NCBI GenBank assembly: GCA_000004985.1
Contig: GG738851.1
Strand: one strand, 5' to 3'
DNA: 64,000 nt
Source of the DNA: Naegleria gruberi
Lineage: Eukaryota
Part shown: positions 20,796 through 32,947 of the stretch, one piece after another
Layout of the letters: every line of letters begins with the position of its first letter
Position numbering within the stretch: position 1 is the first letter of the stretch
The notes under the pieces: model-generated
What the model saw: the letters and a program-made list of their open reading frames with translations, nothing else
Database searches by the model: none
Told to the model about the DNA's origin: nothing
Position numbers and translations under genes: made by a program

Positions 20796-22712
20796 TTATT
20801 CCTTCAATTCAATTTCATTCCTATGTTCCTCTTCAAGGATTGGTGTTTCATTGTGATGAATGGTTGTTGGTTCGGCTGCTGCATCAAAGTGAAGTTCATG
20901 AGCTGGTTCAATTTGATCATGAATTGGAACTGGTTGACCATTTCCTGTATCCTGAGCACGAGACAATCTAACACAGAAAATCATGAATGAAGATAGTACT
21001 TGGAGTGATGCACCAAGAGCGTACAATAACAGGTAGCCCATTCCAACAACATCTGGTGCAATAGCATCACCAATTAAAATGATCAATCCTCCCAAAGGTA
21101 CACCCAATAATTCAGGAACTGTACCAGAAATATTCCACAAGGCCAAATCCTTTCCAGAATCATCTTTGGTAATCAGAACTGAATTTACAAGTGACAAGTC
21201 CACACTAATAAATGATCCAATACCCAAACCATAGAGAATGGAGCAACACAGAATCATTACACTGTAAGATCTGAAAATGATTAAAATAATACTGGCAATA
21301 CCACAGCCCAAGGCACCAGCACTGTACACATATCTTCTTCCAATAAGCCCGGCTATTTTTTGTGCAAATAATGCACTAACAAATGTAAAAGCGAAAACAA
21401 TTCCAAGGAATAAACTCAAAGCTTCCTCATTATTGGTTGGGAATTTGTTGGTCAAGATGAAATTATATGGAGTCAAAACTTCTTGAATAAAATAGAAAAA
21501 GTAATTTCTGGCAGCAGCATTTGTCAATTGAATAGTGAAACGAGTAATAAAAACCCAAGTAAAATTCCTATTCTTGAATGGAACCAAAAATGCAAGAGCA
21601 TAATTGAGGGCTCTCTTGTAGAATCGTGGTTTTGGTGCTTCTTGTGCAGGTTCTGTAGTGAGTGGAACGTCTTCAAATTCTCCTGGTTTCTTGGCAGCTT
21701 CCTTTTCAATTTGTTTGACCTTTGTCTTTCTAAGCTCTCTATGGAAGAGCATGAGAGGTACACAAACAATTGAACACAGAGCTGCATATCCCAAACATAC
21801 CCAAATCAAATCAACATGACCAATTATCACACCTCCCAAAACAACTCCCAACATGACTCCAATCAAAGTAAAAACACCAACAAGTGCTGAAACCAAATTG
21901 ATTTGTTCTTGTGGGAACAAATCTGTTACCATTGCAGTCACAATAGCTTGTGAAGTGACATATCCACATTTTCCGATACACAGCACAGCTCCATACATGA
22001 CAAATATGAAAACATAATACTGTGGAAACTGTGTATGCATCATTGAACAAATAGATTGCAGAATAATCATCAATGCCCACACCAGAGTAGTAACCACAAC
22101 AATTGGAATACGTGATTTCCTACCAATCCTATCAGAAATATTACCAACTATGGGACTAACAATCACTCCGATAACTGTTGCAATAGAAACAACAATACTC
22201 AAGTAGAGTTCCTTATTTTCTGATCCCAACATTTGAACGACAAGTTTTGGCAATAACAATCCAAGTACAAACGAACTTGTTGAACCACTTCCTATATAAT
22301 ATATAGAATATCCAATTGTTTTGTAGAGTGGTTGTCTTTGTAATCCATCATGATGAAGATTTTGTGGAACTTTCTCATGATGTTGACTATCAATTGTGTT
22401 GTTATCATCATTGTGAGGAGTTGATGGTGTATCTAATCTTGCCAATTCCTCTCCCATTACATCTAACATGGGTTTTGCAATGGTTCTCTCTGGATGTTTA
22501 ATGTCTATTGGTTCCAAGTGAAACGAGGAGGTCATTGGATTGTATTCGGTCAGAATGCCAATGCCTTCATTAGAATGATGGCTATGAGAAGAAACGTGGG
22601 AGGAGAAGGAAGCAGTATGGGCTGATGTAGGTGTTTTCTGTTGTTGTTGTTGTTGTATTGGATGAGAGGCGATATCTTCATTGTGAGGATTCCCTGATGA
22701 TGATAGATTCAT
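20796..22712 (-). CDS. Major facilitator superfamily (MFS) transporter
   Basis: About 12 predicted TM helices. The MFS signature GNISDRIGRK lies in the TM2-TM3 loop, and the protein has hydrophilic termini. Confidence 0.7.
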   Translation of the reverse strand: MNLSSSGNPHNEDIASHPIQQQQQQKTPTSAHTASFSSHVSSHSHHSNEGIGILTEYNPMTSSFHLEPIDIKHPERTIAKPMLDVMGEELARLDTPSTPHNDDNNTIDSQHHEKVPQNLHHDGLQRQPLYKTIGYSIYYIGSGSTSSFVLGLLLPKLVVQMLGSENKELYLSIVVSIATVIGVIVSPIVGNISDRIGRKSRIPIVVVTTLVWALMIILQSICSMMHTQFPQYYVFIFVMYGAVLCIGKCGYVTSQAIVTAMVTDLFPQEQINLVSALVGVFTLIGVMLGVVLGGVIIGHVDLIWVCLGYAALCSIVCVPLMLFHRELRKTKVKQIEKEAAKKPGEFEDVPLTTEPAQEAPKPRFYKRALNYALAFLVPFKNRNFTWVFITRFTIQLTNAAARNYFFYFIQEVLTPYNFILTNKFPTNNEEALSLFLGIVFAFTFVSALFAQKIAGLIGRRYVYSAGALGCGIASIILIIFRSYSVMILCCSILYGLGIGSFISVDLSLVNSVLITKDDSGKDLALWNISGTVPELLGVPLGGLIILIGDAIAPDVVGMGYLLLYALGASLQVLSSFMIFCVRLSRAQDTGNGQPVPIHDQIEPAHELHFDAAAEPTTIHHNETPILEEEHRNEIELKE

Positions 22713-23499
22713 TGTATTTGTATTTGTATTATATATAATAGATGATGAAACTTTTTGTATTTACACTGAGAAAATAATTTGAAATTCAATTATCCAATAT
22801 ATAAATCGGTACTATCAGTACTAGTAGTAGTTAAATAAAATCGCAATATAGTCTAATTCTTATTAAATATATAATAATTATATATAATTAATTGTTCTAG
22901 ATGAAAAGATGGTCGGGATCAATGATGATGGTTCCTCCTTTTTTTAAAGCTTTGTCTAGAGAATTAATTCTTCCGTGATGAACCAACAAAATAATGAACA
23001 GCAAGGATCTTGTTGACTTCCAACTGTTATTCAATATTGAATCTTTTTGCTAATTCTTTCGAGAAGATGATTTGAACTCAATATTCTCTCCAACAAGAAT
23101 CCAATTCGATAATTTCTTTTTTACCTCAAAAAATGAAGGAATTAATATCCGCTATGAATCCGCTTTGAACCTCGAAGTGCAAAGTAAGCCTTGGATGAAA
23201 GAGTTTGATGAAGAAGAATAAAATCCAAGCTGCTCAAGGTTGTGTTTTGGTTGGTGTCGCTTCCTCGTAGTGAGCAAAGATCAGAGAGGTGTTATTACTT
23301 ATGTTTGGAGGAAGGAGTAATAGAGAGGGTTACACTGTGATGGTTTGTAACGGAATTTGGAAAGATGTTGGAAGATGAATCAAGACCAAATGAACGAATA
23401 GTTTAATGTCAATCATGTGTAAATGAATATTGTAAAATTTAGTTAAAGATCATCTAATTTAATTAAGGCAGAATTATTCAGATTTTTAATTATTATTAT

Positions 23500-25536
23500 T
23501 TACATTGTCTTTTTGAAGAGAACTTCCGAAACATCAATTCCTAACTGTTGTTTACAATTATCGTAGAGTGTTCTCATGGTTTGATTTTTAGAGAGTGGAG
23601 GCATCTGATAGTCAGTCAATTCAGCCCTTTTCAGTGCTGCTAATAATCCATTATGATTGAGGACGGCCAACTTTTTACAAGCTACATTCCATACTAATTG
23701 AGTATTCAGAATTCCAACCATATTTAACATTTTCAGTTCAATGTATCTCGTCCTGTTATTGTCCAACTTTTGAAGGAAACGAGAACCAACGAGAGGAACA
23801 CGAACTCTTTCTCTTTCTGCTAAGTCACCTGCCAAAACATTATCACATGATTTCATTAGACACATACAGTCCATCATTTCTCCACCCACGAATGAGGCTT
23901 GACTGGAGAGAACCATTTCGAGAGCTCTCTTTGGCATGAATGAAGTTGGTTCAAAATCTGATGACATATTTGCAAGGGCATATTTGGATTTTGAACTGGA
24001 CGTGTCAATCTTTCCATATTCATGATAAACGATATTCTTCAAGATGAATTGCAAGTGGTCATCATAGTGAAGCGCATTCACACTATTCTCCAAAGATATT
24101 TCAATTTTACCAATCATTTTCATTGTCTTGGCTCCCAACTTGTCCACAGAGAAATCAGATTTGGTGCACCACTGAATGAGCTCACCACTTTGCTTTTTGT
24201 ATGTCAAGTACCAATCTGGCATGAATTCTTTGGTTAAAAAGTTGACAAATTTCCAATCTCTATCAATAACATATTTCAATGCCAAATCTTCTGATGAAAG
24301 TTTCAATTCCTTTTCAGCTTGTCTGAATAATTCTCTCTTTTTCAGAATGATATCAATGGCCATTTTTGGAATCTTACTGGAAGAACTGTCAACGGATTGA
24401 GCCAACCACTTTTCAACAAACTTGTGAGAATGATCCTGGAAGAGAAGGAACCAATCTTCCAATTCATACAAGAACATTTGTGAAATAACTTGCAATTCGT
24501 CAATAATTCCCATTCCCAAACTCTTATTTTCCAAATCAGTGAACAAGTGAGGTGTTAAATTCTTTTCAATATTTTCATGTTGTCTTGTGAGAAATTGTCC
24601 CAACCTCTCATGAACAAAGAGTTTCTTCAAAGTACTCTTCTTTTCATTACTGACCTGGATGTGTTTCACAATCTTGACAAGGAATGGAACACTGTCCAAT
24701 CCATTTTTCTGTAAAGTGCTAATACTCAATTCTGCAGATTGTTTCTTTGTATCAGTTAAATCACATTCAATTGCCAAATCATGACAAAACTCTTCAATGA
24801 CTCTATTAATCAATTCTTGATGTCTTTCAAAGGCAGATTTCACTTTCATTGTTGAAGGATTCAAAAACTTTCCCAAAAACATTATTTTCACTCTCATTTC
24901 ATGACTTGTGGCAGAATCTTGGTGTTTCTCCAAATAAGCCAAAAATCTTTCTCTCAATTCGTCTAAGAGAGGCGAATTTGAATTTCTCAACTTTCCCAAA
25001 TTGATTGCCATTTGTTGCTGTTGCTGATATGCTTGTAATGTAGATTCAGATAGAGAATTAGTGGAAGAACTGCCACTGCTATAGTTGGAACTGCTAGTGA
25101 GAGCATCATCTTCATCGTCTTCTATTTCGTTTCCATTATTTGTGGAGCCATCGTCTTCTTGAAGTTGTGGTTTGTCAAGGGAAACTTTATCAAGAGGTTT
25201 TGGAGAGGACATATTCGAAAGTGAGTTACTAGAGGAAGATGAAGAAAGATTTGATTTGCTTGGTGAAAGTGGATATGGTACAGGAGATGATGACATTGGA
25301 GAGCTTGGTGAAGTGATGCTCACCTTTCGAATAAGTGCTGGAGAGGAAGGAGAAAGTGGGTTAGTGCTAATTGAAGAAGAAACTGAATGAGCAAAGCTTG
25401 CCATTATATTCCTGCTCGTTGGAATCTCAACTGCAAGAATAGCCACCGGCAGAATAGTGTGTTTAGACATGATTCGAATATAAATACAAGTAGTGGTGTT
25501 GAAAGAATGTTTTTTTTCTAATGATTCTCCAACCAA
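23500..25536 (-). CDS. Hypothetical large protein with a Ser-rich N-terminal region, possibly a GEF-like regulator
   Basis: A 678-aa ORF. The N-terminal third is poly-Ser/Pro and the C-terminal two thirds are helical. No confident catalytic motif is present. Confidence 0.45.
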   Translation of the reverse strand: MVGESLEKKHSFNTTTCIYIRIMSKHTILPVAILAVEIPTSRNIMASFAHSVSSSISTNPLSPSSPALIRKVSITSPSSPMSSSPVPYPLSPSKSNLSSSSSSNSLSNMSSPKPLDKVSLDKPQLQEDDGSTNNGNEIEDDEDDALTSSSNYSSGSSSTNSLSESTLQAYQQQQQMAINLGKLRNSNSPLLDELRERFLAYLEKHQDSATSHEMRVKIMFLGKFLNPSTMKVKSAFERHQELINRVIEEFCHDLAIECDLTDTKKQSAELSISTLQKNGLDSVPFLVKIVKHIQVSNEKKSTLKKLFVHERLGQFLTRQHENIEKNLTPHLFTDLENKSLGMGIIDELQVISQMFLYELEDWFLLFQDHSHKFVEKWLAQSVDSSSSKIPKMAIDIILKKRELFRQAEKELKLSSEDLALKYVIDRDWKFVNFLTKEFMPDWYLTYKKQSGELIQWCTKSDFSVDKLGAKTMKMIGKIEISLENSVNALHYDDHLQFILKNIVYHEYGKIDTSSSKSKYALANMSSDFEPTSFMPKRALEMVLSSQASFVGGEMMDCMCLMKSCDNVLAGDLAERERVRVPLVGSRFLQKLDNNRTRYIELKMLNMVGILNTQLVWNVACKKLAVLNHNGLLAALKRAELTDYQMPPLSKNQTMRTLYDNCKQQLGIDVSEVLFKKTM

Positions 25537-26410
25537 TACAAGTGTGGTTTTACGAAGAGTGATGACTTCTCAATAATTTTTCATTTTCATGCAACCTGAT
25601 TTTGTGAGCACTTTCCTACCATGTCAATGCTAGCCAAAATAGTTTTGCTTTTTCCATTGATGCATGATAGTTGACGGATTTTTTTTTGTTAAATTTCATT
25701 CTCGGCAAGTGTAACACCAGCATAGTTTGAGCGATACAGTGAAGAGTTCTGAAATTGTTGTCGATTGCCGAGTGTGAAGATTTAGAGTTCATGAAATTTT
25801 CACAAAATTTCTCTTTAAATTGTGTAAAATGACAAGAATGAGAATTGTTATCTTGGTTGTGAATGGATTTTTGGTGTAATGAAGAGGAAGATGAAATGGT
25901 TTTGAAAAGTTGATGTTCTGGTTCACCAAGTGGGAAGAAAAATACGCCACTTTTCAAGAGATGTCATGTTGATGAGAATCTTTTTGAATTTGGAAAGAGA
26001 ATACGTTATGTATTAAGGTTTAATAACCACGTGGAATCTGAATAAAGATTCGTTTAAAGTGTTCGACATTCACATTTAGGGTTTTTGAGTACAGATTTGA
26101 ACGATTGTAAACATCTACGGATGGAAATAGATTATCCCAAACTTCAATTTTAAGGCTCTTTCCCAGTCGAAACGAAACTTCACATTTTGAATTGATTGCT
26201 GTTCGTTTGACATTTTGGAAAATACAACACCATTAAGTAGTCTTTCTTCTACCCTTTTAATTCTGCTAAAACTTCACAACTTTTATTTTACAGCAGTTTT
26301 GATTTGAACTTAATCAAATCAATATTTACTGCATTTTCGTATATTGATGAGGAGTGTTTTCTCTTCTTCCTTTCTAATATTTTCATTGTTTTCTTCACAT
26401 TGGTAAAATC

Positions 26411-27061
26411 TCAATTAATACTGTTGCTGCTGCTCATGCTTAGAAAATCATCAAACGAATGATCATATTCCTTGCAATGTCTCTTTTTGATATTTGAGAT
26501 TAGTTTAGTTTTCTTTTCCTTGGAAGGAAATTTAAACTGGTCGAGCTGAAATTTCAGAATTTGAGTTTTCAATTCATCTTCAACCTCTTTCAATCCCAAA
26601 GAAGCATTCTCACTTTCTGGTTTTGGATTTCTGGCATGGATTCTAGTTTTCTGCTCAATTGGCTTTTTTGGAATTGATTTTTTCTTTTTTGGAAATTCGT
26701 ATCTGGTGGAAAGATAATACTGAGCCACACATTGTTTCCATTGTTGATCTTCTACAGATGATACTTGAGAAATGGGTATTGGGTTCATTGGAATGGCTGG
26801 TTTTTGGTTTCGTCTTGGAATGACTTTTAATTGATCATGCAAATCGAATAGAACTGTATTTTGAGTTGGTTTCTGGTCATTTCTACTTTCGATTTGAATT
26901 GAATCGATGGTGAAATCATTGAAGTAGCGTTTCGTCTTGGTTGGTTGCTTATTTCCCATTGTTGTGTTTTTTTCGACTTGTTTCGAATAGCCAATCGATT
27001 TACAGTTTGGTGCTTTGTTGTCATCGGTCAGTGATGTGTTCGTTGAGTATGTATTATGCAT
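26411..27061 (-). CDS. Hypothetical basic protein
   Basis: A 216-aa ORF that is lysine-rich. There is no recognisable domain. Confidence 0.3.
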   Translation of the reverse strand: MHNTYSTNTSLTDDNKAPNCKSIGYSKQVEKNTTMGNKQPTKTKRYFNDFTIDSIQIESRNDQKPTQNTVLFDLHDQLKVIPRRNQKPAIPMNPIPISQVSSVEDQQWKQCVAQYYLSTRYEFPKKKKSIPKKPIEQKTRIHARNPKPESENASLGLKEVEDELKTQILKFQLDQFKFPSKEKKTKLISNIKKRHCKEYDHSFDDFLSMSSSNSIN

Positions 27062-27382
27062 ATGAAGATGGAGCTATTGATTTTGGAGTAAACCATTACT
27101 TGGATATCTCTTACCAATGTTTATCAAGTCCATTTTAGGAAGTTTGAGGCTGAGTTTGGAATTTTTTATGATAGTCATGCACATTTGTATGGTCAACTCA
27201 CGAATAAGAGAAAAAATTAAGTAGTGGTTTGTATTGTAAAACACACATGTCACTTGTAGTGTTAATCTTATTTCCTTCAGTGTTGACAATTCTCATTTCA
27301 TCATCCTCACAGATTTGTCAATTTTAAAGCAATGTAATCCTTTTTAAATTGTTTTCTGATTATGCAACTTCATCAAGCAAAA

Positions 27383-28006
27383 TCATTTAAGTTTCTTCCA
27401 GTAAAGAATATTTGAATTAAGCAAATAGTTTCCATAAATTTCCTCTTCTTTCAATGATTTCTTCATTTCAAAATCGATAAAAATTGAAGAACAGTGTGGA
27501 CATTTGAATGGATTAAAGAATGAGAAATCTTCCCAACCAGTGGCTCTAAGCTTTTCATCAATTTCCTCAGGTGTTTTCCCCAATTTTCCATGAGAAGCAA
27601 CCAAAGTTCTATTTCCACTTGCATAAAAGTAATCAATGTGTGGTTGTGAGCTATTGAAATGTTTCAATGTAAAGCTCTTTCTACATTGATCACAGGAACA
27701 AATACTATTAATATTGGTTGGAGTTGGAAAACCCTTCGAATAAATTCCTCTCTTAATTAATCCCTTTCCGATAAATTCCAAATTCCTTGCATTCTGTCCT
27801 GGCAAGAAGAAGGGTTGAAATTTCAATCCTTGACATTGAGAGTCTTGATATGGTTTTCCGTGATGAGTTTCAGAATCAGACAATATACCCTCCATCAATA
27901 CCAATTCATTAGGAAGAGTCTTGACAGTCAAGTGTAAATATTTTGGTGTGGAAGAAATTCCTTGATGAAACTCTACATCATGTTCAATATTAAAAGTTCG
28001 GAGCAA
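27383..28006 (-). CDS. Hypothetical protein with C2H2-like Cys/His pairs
   Basis: The pairs are CSCDQCRKSF...H and FKCPHCSSIF. The start site is uncertain. Confidence 0.35.
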   Translation of the reverse strand: MLRTFNIEHDVEFHQGISSTPKYLHLTVKTLPNELVLMEGILSDSETHHGKPYQDSQCQGLKFQPFFLPGQNARNLEFIGKGLIKRGIYSKGFPTPTNINSICSCDQCRKSFTLKHFNSSQPHIDYFYASGNRTLVASHGKLGKTPEEIDEKLRATGWEDFSFFNPFKCPHCSSIFIDFEMKKSLKEEEIYGNYLLNSNILYWKKLK

Positions 28007-28329
28007 TTGATCATTTTCATAAACAGAAAATGTAGATTCCCCAAGATTATTTAATGGTAAAATTATGTCCTTTTCTATTGTTGTTGTATTATTGATGATG
28101 TTAGAATCGGAATGATTTTCAATTCTTATTAAATTATTATTTTCAAAATTAATATTAAACTAGATTAGTATGAATGGGATTGGATATATAATGATTGTGT
28201 CATACCTTTGCATGGTGATAACATCGGTGATGATAAAGTGTTTGGAAAGATTTGAAAGGTTTTGAGTTGAGTTTTTGCATTTTTTATTTTTATTTTTAAA
28301 TACAGTGGAAAATCCGATGTTAAGAGAAG

Positions 28330-28374
28330 GTCATTTATTTTTAATGGGGACGTCATTTTTAATGTGAACAAGAA
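28330..28374 (+). promoter_or_regulatory. Conserved 5' flank of the tRNA-Lys gene, also present at 37760..37805. It may be an upstream Pol III element or part of a duplicated unit.
   Basis: The block ATTTATTTTTAATGGGGACGTCATTTTTAATGTGAACAAGAA matches the sequence upstream of the second tRNA-Lys copy at about 40 of 45 positions. It contains the palindrome GACGTC. Confidence 0.45.
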
Positions 28375-28447
28375 GCCCGTCTAGCTCAGTCGGTAGAGCG
28401 CAAGGCTCTTAACCTTGTGGTCGTGGGTTCGACCCCCACGGTGGGCG
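28375..28447 (+). tRNA. tRNA-Lys (anticodon CTT)
   Basis: The sequence is GCCCGTCTAGCTCAGTCGGTAGAGCGCAAGGCTCTTAACCTTGTGGTCGTGGGTTCGACCCCCACGGTGGGCG. It folds as a cloverleaf with a 7-bp acceptor and the anticodon loop CTCTTAA. No CCA is encoded. Confidence 0.9.
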
Positions 28448-28788
28448 ATTCAATTTTATTTTTCAACTTATCATTCATAAGGCAATTATTATATCTTGAT
28501 CCTATTGTGGATGTGAAACGTCTATTGGTTTAGTGGTGGGATCAATTAGCAACCATGTAAAAGGTTTGTTTACAATTAAACCACAAAACATCCATGAACT
28601 TGCATGAACCAACAATTTCCGCGCCAAAACCCTAATCTACAACAAACAAACATAAAAAAATAGGTAAAGAATCCCTTCCTTATTATTATATTGGTTGCTA
28701 GATTCAAGTTTTTTGTATTTACGCGCAGAATTTGAGAATATTAAGCCTTCGCTGTCATCACAAGATATAATTATTAAGAAATCTAACA

Positions 28789-31700
28789 ATGACCACCAAG
28801 GTACAATTAGTAAGGGATGCTTCTCTGGCTTTTCAACAAAAAAAGTACGATGAATGTTTGAAAATAATTTCGCACGATGAACATCATGAATCATCATTGC
28901 CTTGCTCGGAAGAGTTGGGGATGGACATCAAGTTAGGAACCATTGTGGGAATGTGTCATTATAACAATGCTGTTATTCAAAAAGAAATGGCAAAGGAATT
29001 GTTTGATAAGGCTTTGATTCAATTTGATAAGGTCATTTCTCAATATAGGGAATATGAAAATACTGTACATCAAGATCAAGGAAATGTCAAATCAATTGTT
29101 GAAAATAACATTGGATTGGAGGTTTTTATATCTACAACAAAGGTTAATTATTTGGCAGGTCTTTGTCATTTATATAGTAACAGGTACAAGGATGCTATAC
29201 CTTATTTTAGTAGTGCTGCTCTTATGGCCTCAACCTTACAGAGTAATATTGGATATGTGGCCAATAAGGATCATGCCAAATCTTTCCTTAAAGAGTCACC
29301 AAAGTACTATTTAAATCGAGGAATCTGCTACAATGAGTGTAAAAATAATGAGTTGGCAGAGAGGGATCTTGTCAAATATGTGGCACTAATTGAAACATCT
29401 GATTTGAGTCCAGACACTCAAGCACCTCTCTTATTTGTTGCGTTTACTAGTTTAGCAAGCACAAAATTAAACAAGAATCAACAAGAGGATGCAATCAAGT
29501 ATTTCAATAAGGCCATCGATTCTTTCAACGTAATGGAACCGGATGCCCAACAGGTACATTTTGAAAACTGTGTTAAGGCTAAACTCAAAAGAGCCACAAC
29601 ACTTCAAAAGTATATTAGTTACCATGTGTATAACTGTAAGGAAGATGCAAACCTTATGAAAGTAATTGAAAGTTATAGAAAAATGGCCTCTGATGATTTG
29701 GAAACCGCAAGAAAATACAAGAGACTCGAGTTTTATTACTTGTACCAATATGTAAAAATGATAGTGATGTTCTGCAAACATGTGGAAGGACTCATTGAAA
29801 AAGATGAATTGGTACCTCTCTATCAAGATGCTGCAGACAAGTTGCAAGAATGCATTTCAATTCAACCAAAGAATGCAAAATTGTACGGGGACTTGGCATT
29901 GTGTAAGAGCAAGATTGGGAAAGAAAAATTGGAAGAAATTTTAGATTTGTACAATAAGAGTTTTGAATTAACCAATGGGGAACCTACGGATAAGGTATCT
30001 AAGCAAAAGTTGGCCAGGATTTATTTCGAAAGATCTGTCATTTATTTCAAATTATCCAATACTGATAAGGCCAAACAAGATTTGGATAGAGCTATTCGTT
30101 TGAATCCATACTTTTCAGATGCTTACTACAATAGAGGTTTTTTATTGAAGGATTCCGAAGATGATATTGAACAAACTTTGGACGATTTGGGAGCAACCTG
30201 TGAAATGAACCTTGAGGACACTGAGTGTGCATTTCTTACGTAAGTTGATTGGTATTGTTCAGTTTGATTGTAATTATATATAGTGCCATTATTTTAGCAA
30301 AACAAGAAAACAAGGAAGGTAGTCGTTCCATTGTCGAAGAATTCATCAAGTTTAACCCTAATGATTCCAATTTGAAAGATCTTTTATTAGCTCTTAATAA
30401 CGAGGGCAGTTTGGATGCATTTGAATCCTTACCTAAATTCAGAGAATCCCACAAGAAGAACAAACTCTGGACACCTAATAGAAAAACAAAACCAAGTCTA
30501 GACAGAGCATCAATTAGAAATAGAGTTACAAGTGCCAAACTCGACGAACAAGACACTGATGATGGCTATTATTGTGATCCAACCTTCCCAGCAGTGTCAA
30601 AATCAATCTACGGAACAGAGGATAGTGATTTACCATCTGAATTGACTTGGTACAGAACTTGGGACTTGTGTTTCCTCAGAGAAGAGTCCCAACTTTTTGT
30701 TGATGGTACAAGCAATACTGATATCATGCAAGGTGGTATAGGTGATTGTTGGTTACTTTCTGCATTTTCAATTGTTGCTGACTATCCAGATATCATGAGT
30801 AAGATTATATTGGAGTCAAAATCAGATCCAGATAACGGAAAGTATGTCTTTTCCATTTTCGGAAAAGAAGGCCCCACAGAAGTAGTTATTGACAATAGAT
30901 TGCCATGTTTTTCTGATTCGGGAAGTCTTGCATTCTCCAGGAGTGGAACCTCAAACGAAATGTGGATTTCCTTATTAGAGAAGGCATATGCTGCGTATTA
31001 TGGAAGCTACCAAGCACTTCAAAGTGGTTACATGAGGGATGCCCTTGTTAGTTTAACAGGTGGAGTTCCTTTCACTCTTGATATCAGTGTAGAAAACAAG
31101 GAGGAGGTATGGGAAATCTTAAAGACTATTAAAAAGAAGAGCACTGATCCCTCATCATACTGCTTAATGGGATGTAGATCTGACAAGGCACCAGCCAGAA
31201 CTGGTATTCAAACTCACCATGCCTATGCAATTCTGGATTGTTTCGACTGTCCTCTTGAAATGACCAATGGAAAGAGAACTCGTCTTGTCAAACTTAAGAA
31301 TCCATGGGGTTATGGTGGTGAATTAGAATCTGGAGATTACTCTGATGATAGTAAGTGGTGGACTAAGGAGCTCAGGAAATATGTTGGACATGAATCAAAA
31401 ATTGATGGCATTTTCTTCTTGACTTTGGGGGCACTTGTTAAATATTATACGCAAATTCAAGGAGTAAGGATTTTTGATGAGGAGCATTGGAGTATAGCAC
31501 GTTTTGTGGATGAATTCAAGCAAAAACCTGGACATGACTTGGATGACTGGGGCCTAGATATTTGTTCTTTCTCGTCTCATTATGTTATTCACAACACCCA
31601 CGAAGACAACAAGCTAGTAATTGAACTTTCTCAAAAAGACACCAGATTTACAAGAGATCAAAAAGAAGAGTTCAAATGTGTTGCCATTTATGTATTTAAA

Positions 31701-31946
31701 TATCCTGAAAGTCAATTCAATGGCGAAGAAAGCACCAGGTTAGCAACAATTGGTGAAGAGAATGAAACTGTCGTTCAGGGTATCTACGACGGTTGTTACA
31801 GTGAAACAAGCATTGAGACAACACTACCTGTTGGCCATTATGTTGCAATTCCAGCTGAGCTTTACTCTAAGACACCAACAGAGAAACTTTCACTCAAAAT
31901 TATTTCAAGAAAACCTGTCACTATTGTTAGATTGCCTGTTCAATAA
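28789..31946 (+). CDS. TPR-repeat / calpain fusion protein; exons at 28789..30239 and 30284..31946, with a 44-nt intron at 30240..30283
   Basis: The 484-aa TPR-like ORF ends in a stop created by the GTAAGT donor. Splicing to the TATATAG acceptor joins it in frame (...ECAFL-T-AIILAKQENKEG...) to the calpain ORF. The catalytic triad motifs are QGGIGDCWLLSAFSIVA, HHAYAILDC and KNPWG. Confidence 0.7.
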
Positions 31947-31979
31947 ATATTGTCTACATCATTGATGTATAAATGAATT

Positions 31980-32800
31980 AAAATCCATTACTGGTTGTCA
32001 ATTTCAAAAGACCCATATCACCAACATATTTCGCTCCTTCATTACCAATATTGTTGGTCCGAATATTGAGGAATAATAACTGTTTAGTTCACTAATGTAT
32101 TTTGCACCTTTAGAACTATCATTGTATTATTGATTAAGATTAGTTAATTACTTTTTTTCACAGATAAGTTCCTTCGTCACCAATCCTATTTGAACAAATA
32201 TTAAGCTCAGTTACTTGTTTCAATATACTAATATATTTAGCTCCTTACTTGCAAAGATTATTAAAACTAATATTAAGGTTAGTTAATTGCTTCATTTCAG
32301 TGAGATAGTTAGCTCTGTCTTTATTAATATGATTTCAGCTAATATCGAGATTAATCAATTGTTTCAGGTTAGTAAGAAGCTCAACTCCGTCATCAATACT
32401 ATATCCACAAATAAAAAGTTCAGTCAATTGATTCATGCTGCTGATAGATTTAGCTCCTATACAACCATCAGGATTACAAGCAATATATTAAGACGCGGTA
32501 AAGATTTCATTTCGCTGCTGAAATATTAAAGTCCTTCAGCACCTATATAGTTATTATCAAGTATAGTTAAACGGATCAATTTGCTTATAAATTGAGCTCC
32601 TTCATTAACGATATCATTGAATCCAATATCAAGACTAATCTATTTATCCATTTTGATTACCAATTTAGCTCCTTTTGCTCCAATCGTATTTCCAATAGAA
32701 AGTTGCATATTTGTGAAATGAAACATCGTAAAGAAACTAATGCACAATCCATTATCAATAAATTTAACATTATCCTAATGAAAAATTAAAATTTCATAAA
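31980..32800 (-). pseudogene. Degenerate F-box-like/LRR gene remnant, inverted relative to the intact family member at 32948
   Basis: Minus-strand translation gives repeated LRR units of the same family (IG.EGAKYISEL / N.LT.LNIS) every 72 nt. These are interrupted by many stops and frameshifts. The N-terminal-like remnant lies nearest 32800. Confidence 0.5.
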
Positions 32801-32947
32801 GGATATCATCGGGTAGGAAATTGTTAAATTCTGAAATGCAAGTTGAAAAATTATTTGATGATTTTTCAAGGGTTTCGTCCAGTGATTTTTACAAGAGTTT
32901 TGGTCAACCGAGTTTGTTCAGCAATACGAAAATAATAATTAAAAAAA

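Noticed and set aside
22720-23500. Short ATG-initiated frames in the intergenic region, for example ATGAAGGAATTAATATCC at 23133
   Set aside because: All are under 20 codons before a stop and have no splice logic that extends them. The region is treated as an intergenic or divergent-promoter region.
28789-30243. Stand-alone TPR protein and stand-alone calpain starting at 30249
   Set aside because: The TPR stop codon is part of a consensus GTAAGT donor. The calpain ORF opens at a non-ATG codon right after a YAG acceptor, and the junction is in frame. A single spliced gene is more parsimonious.
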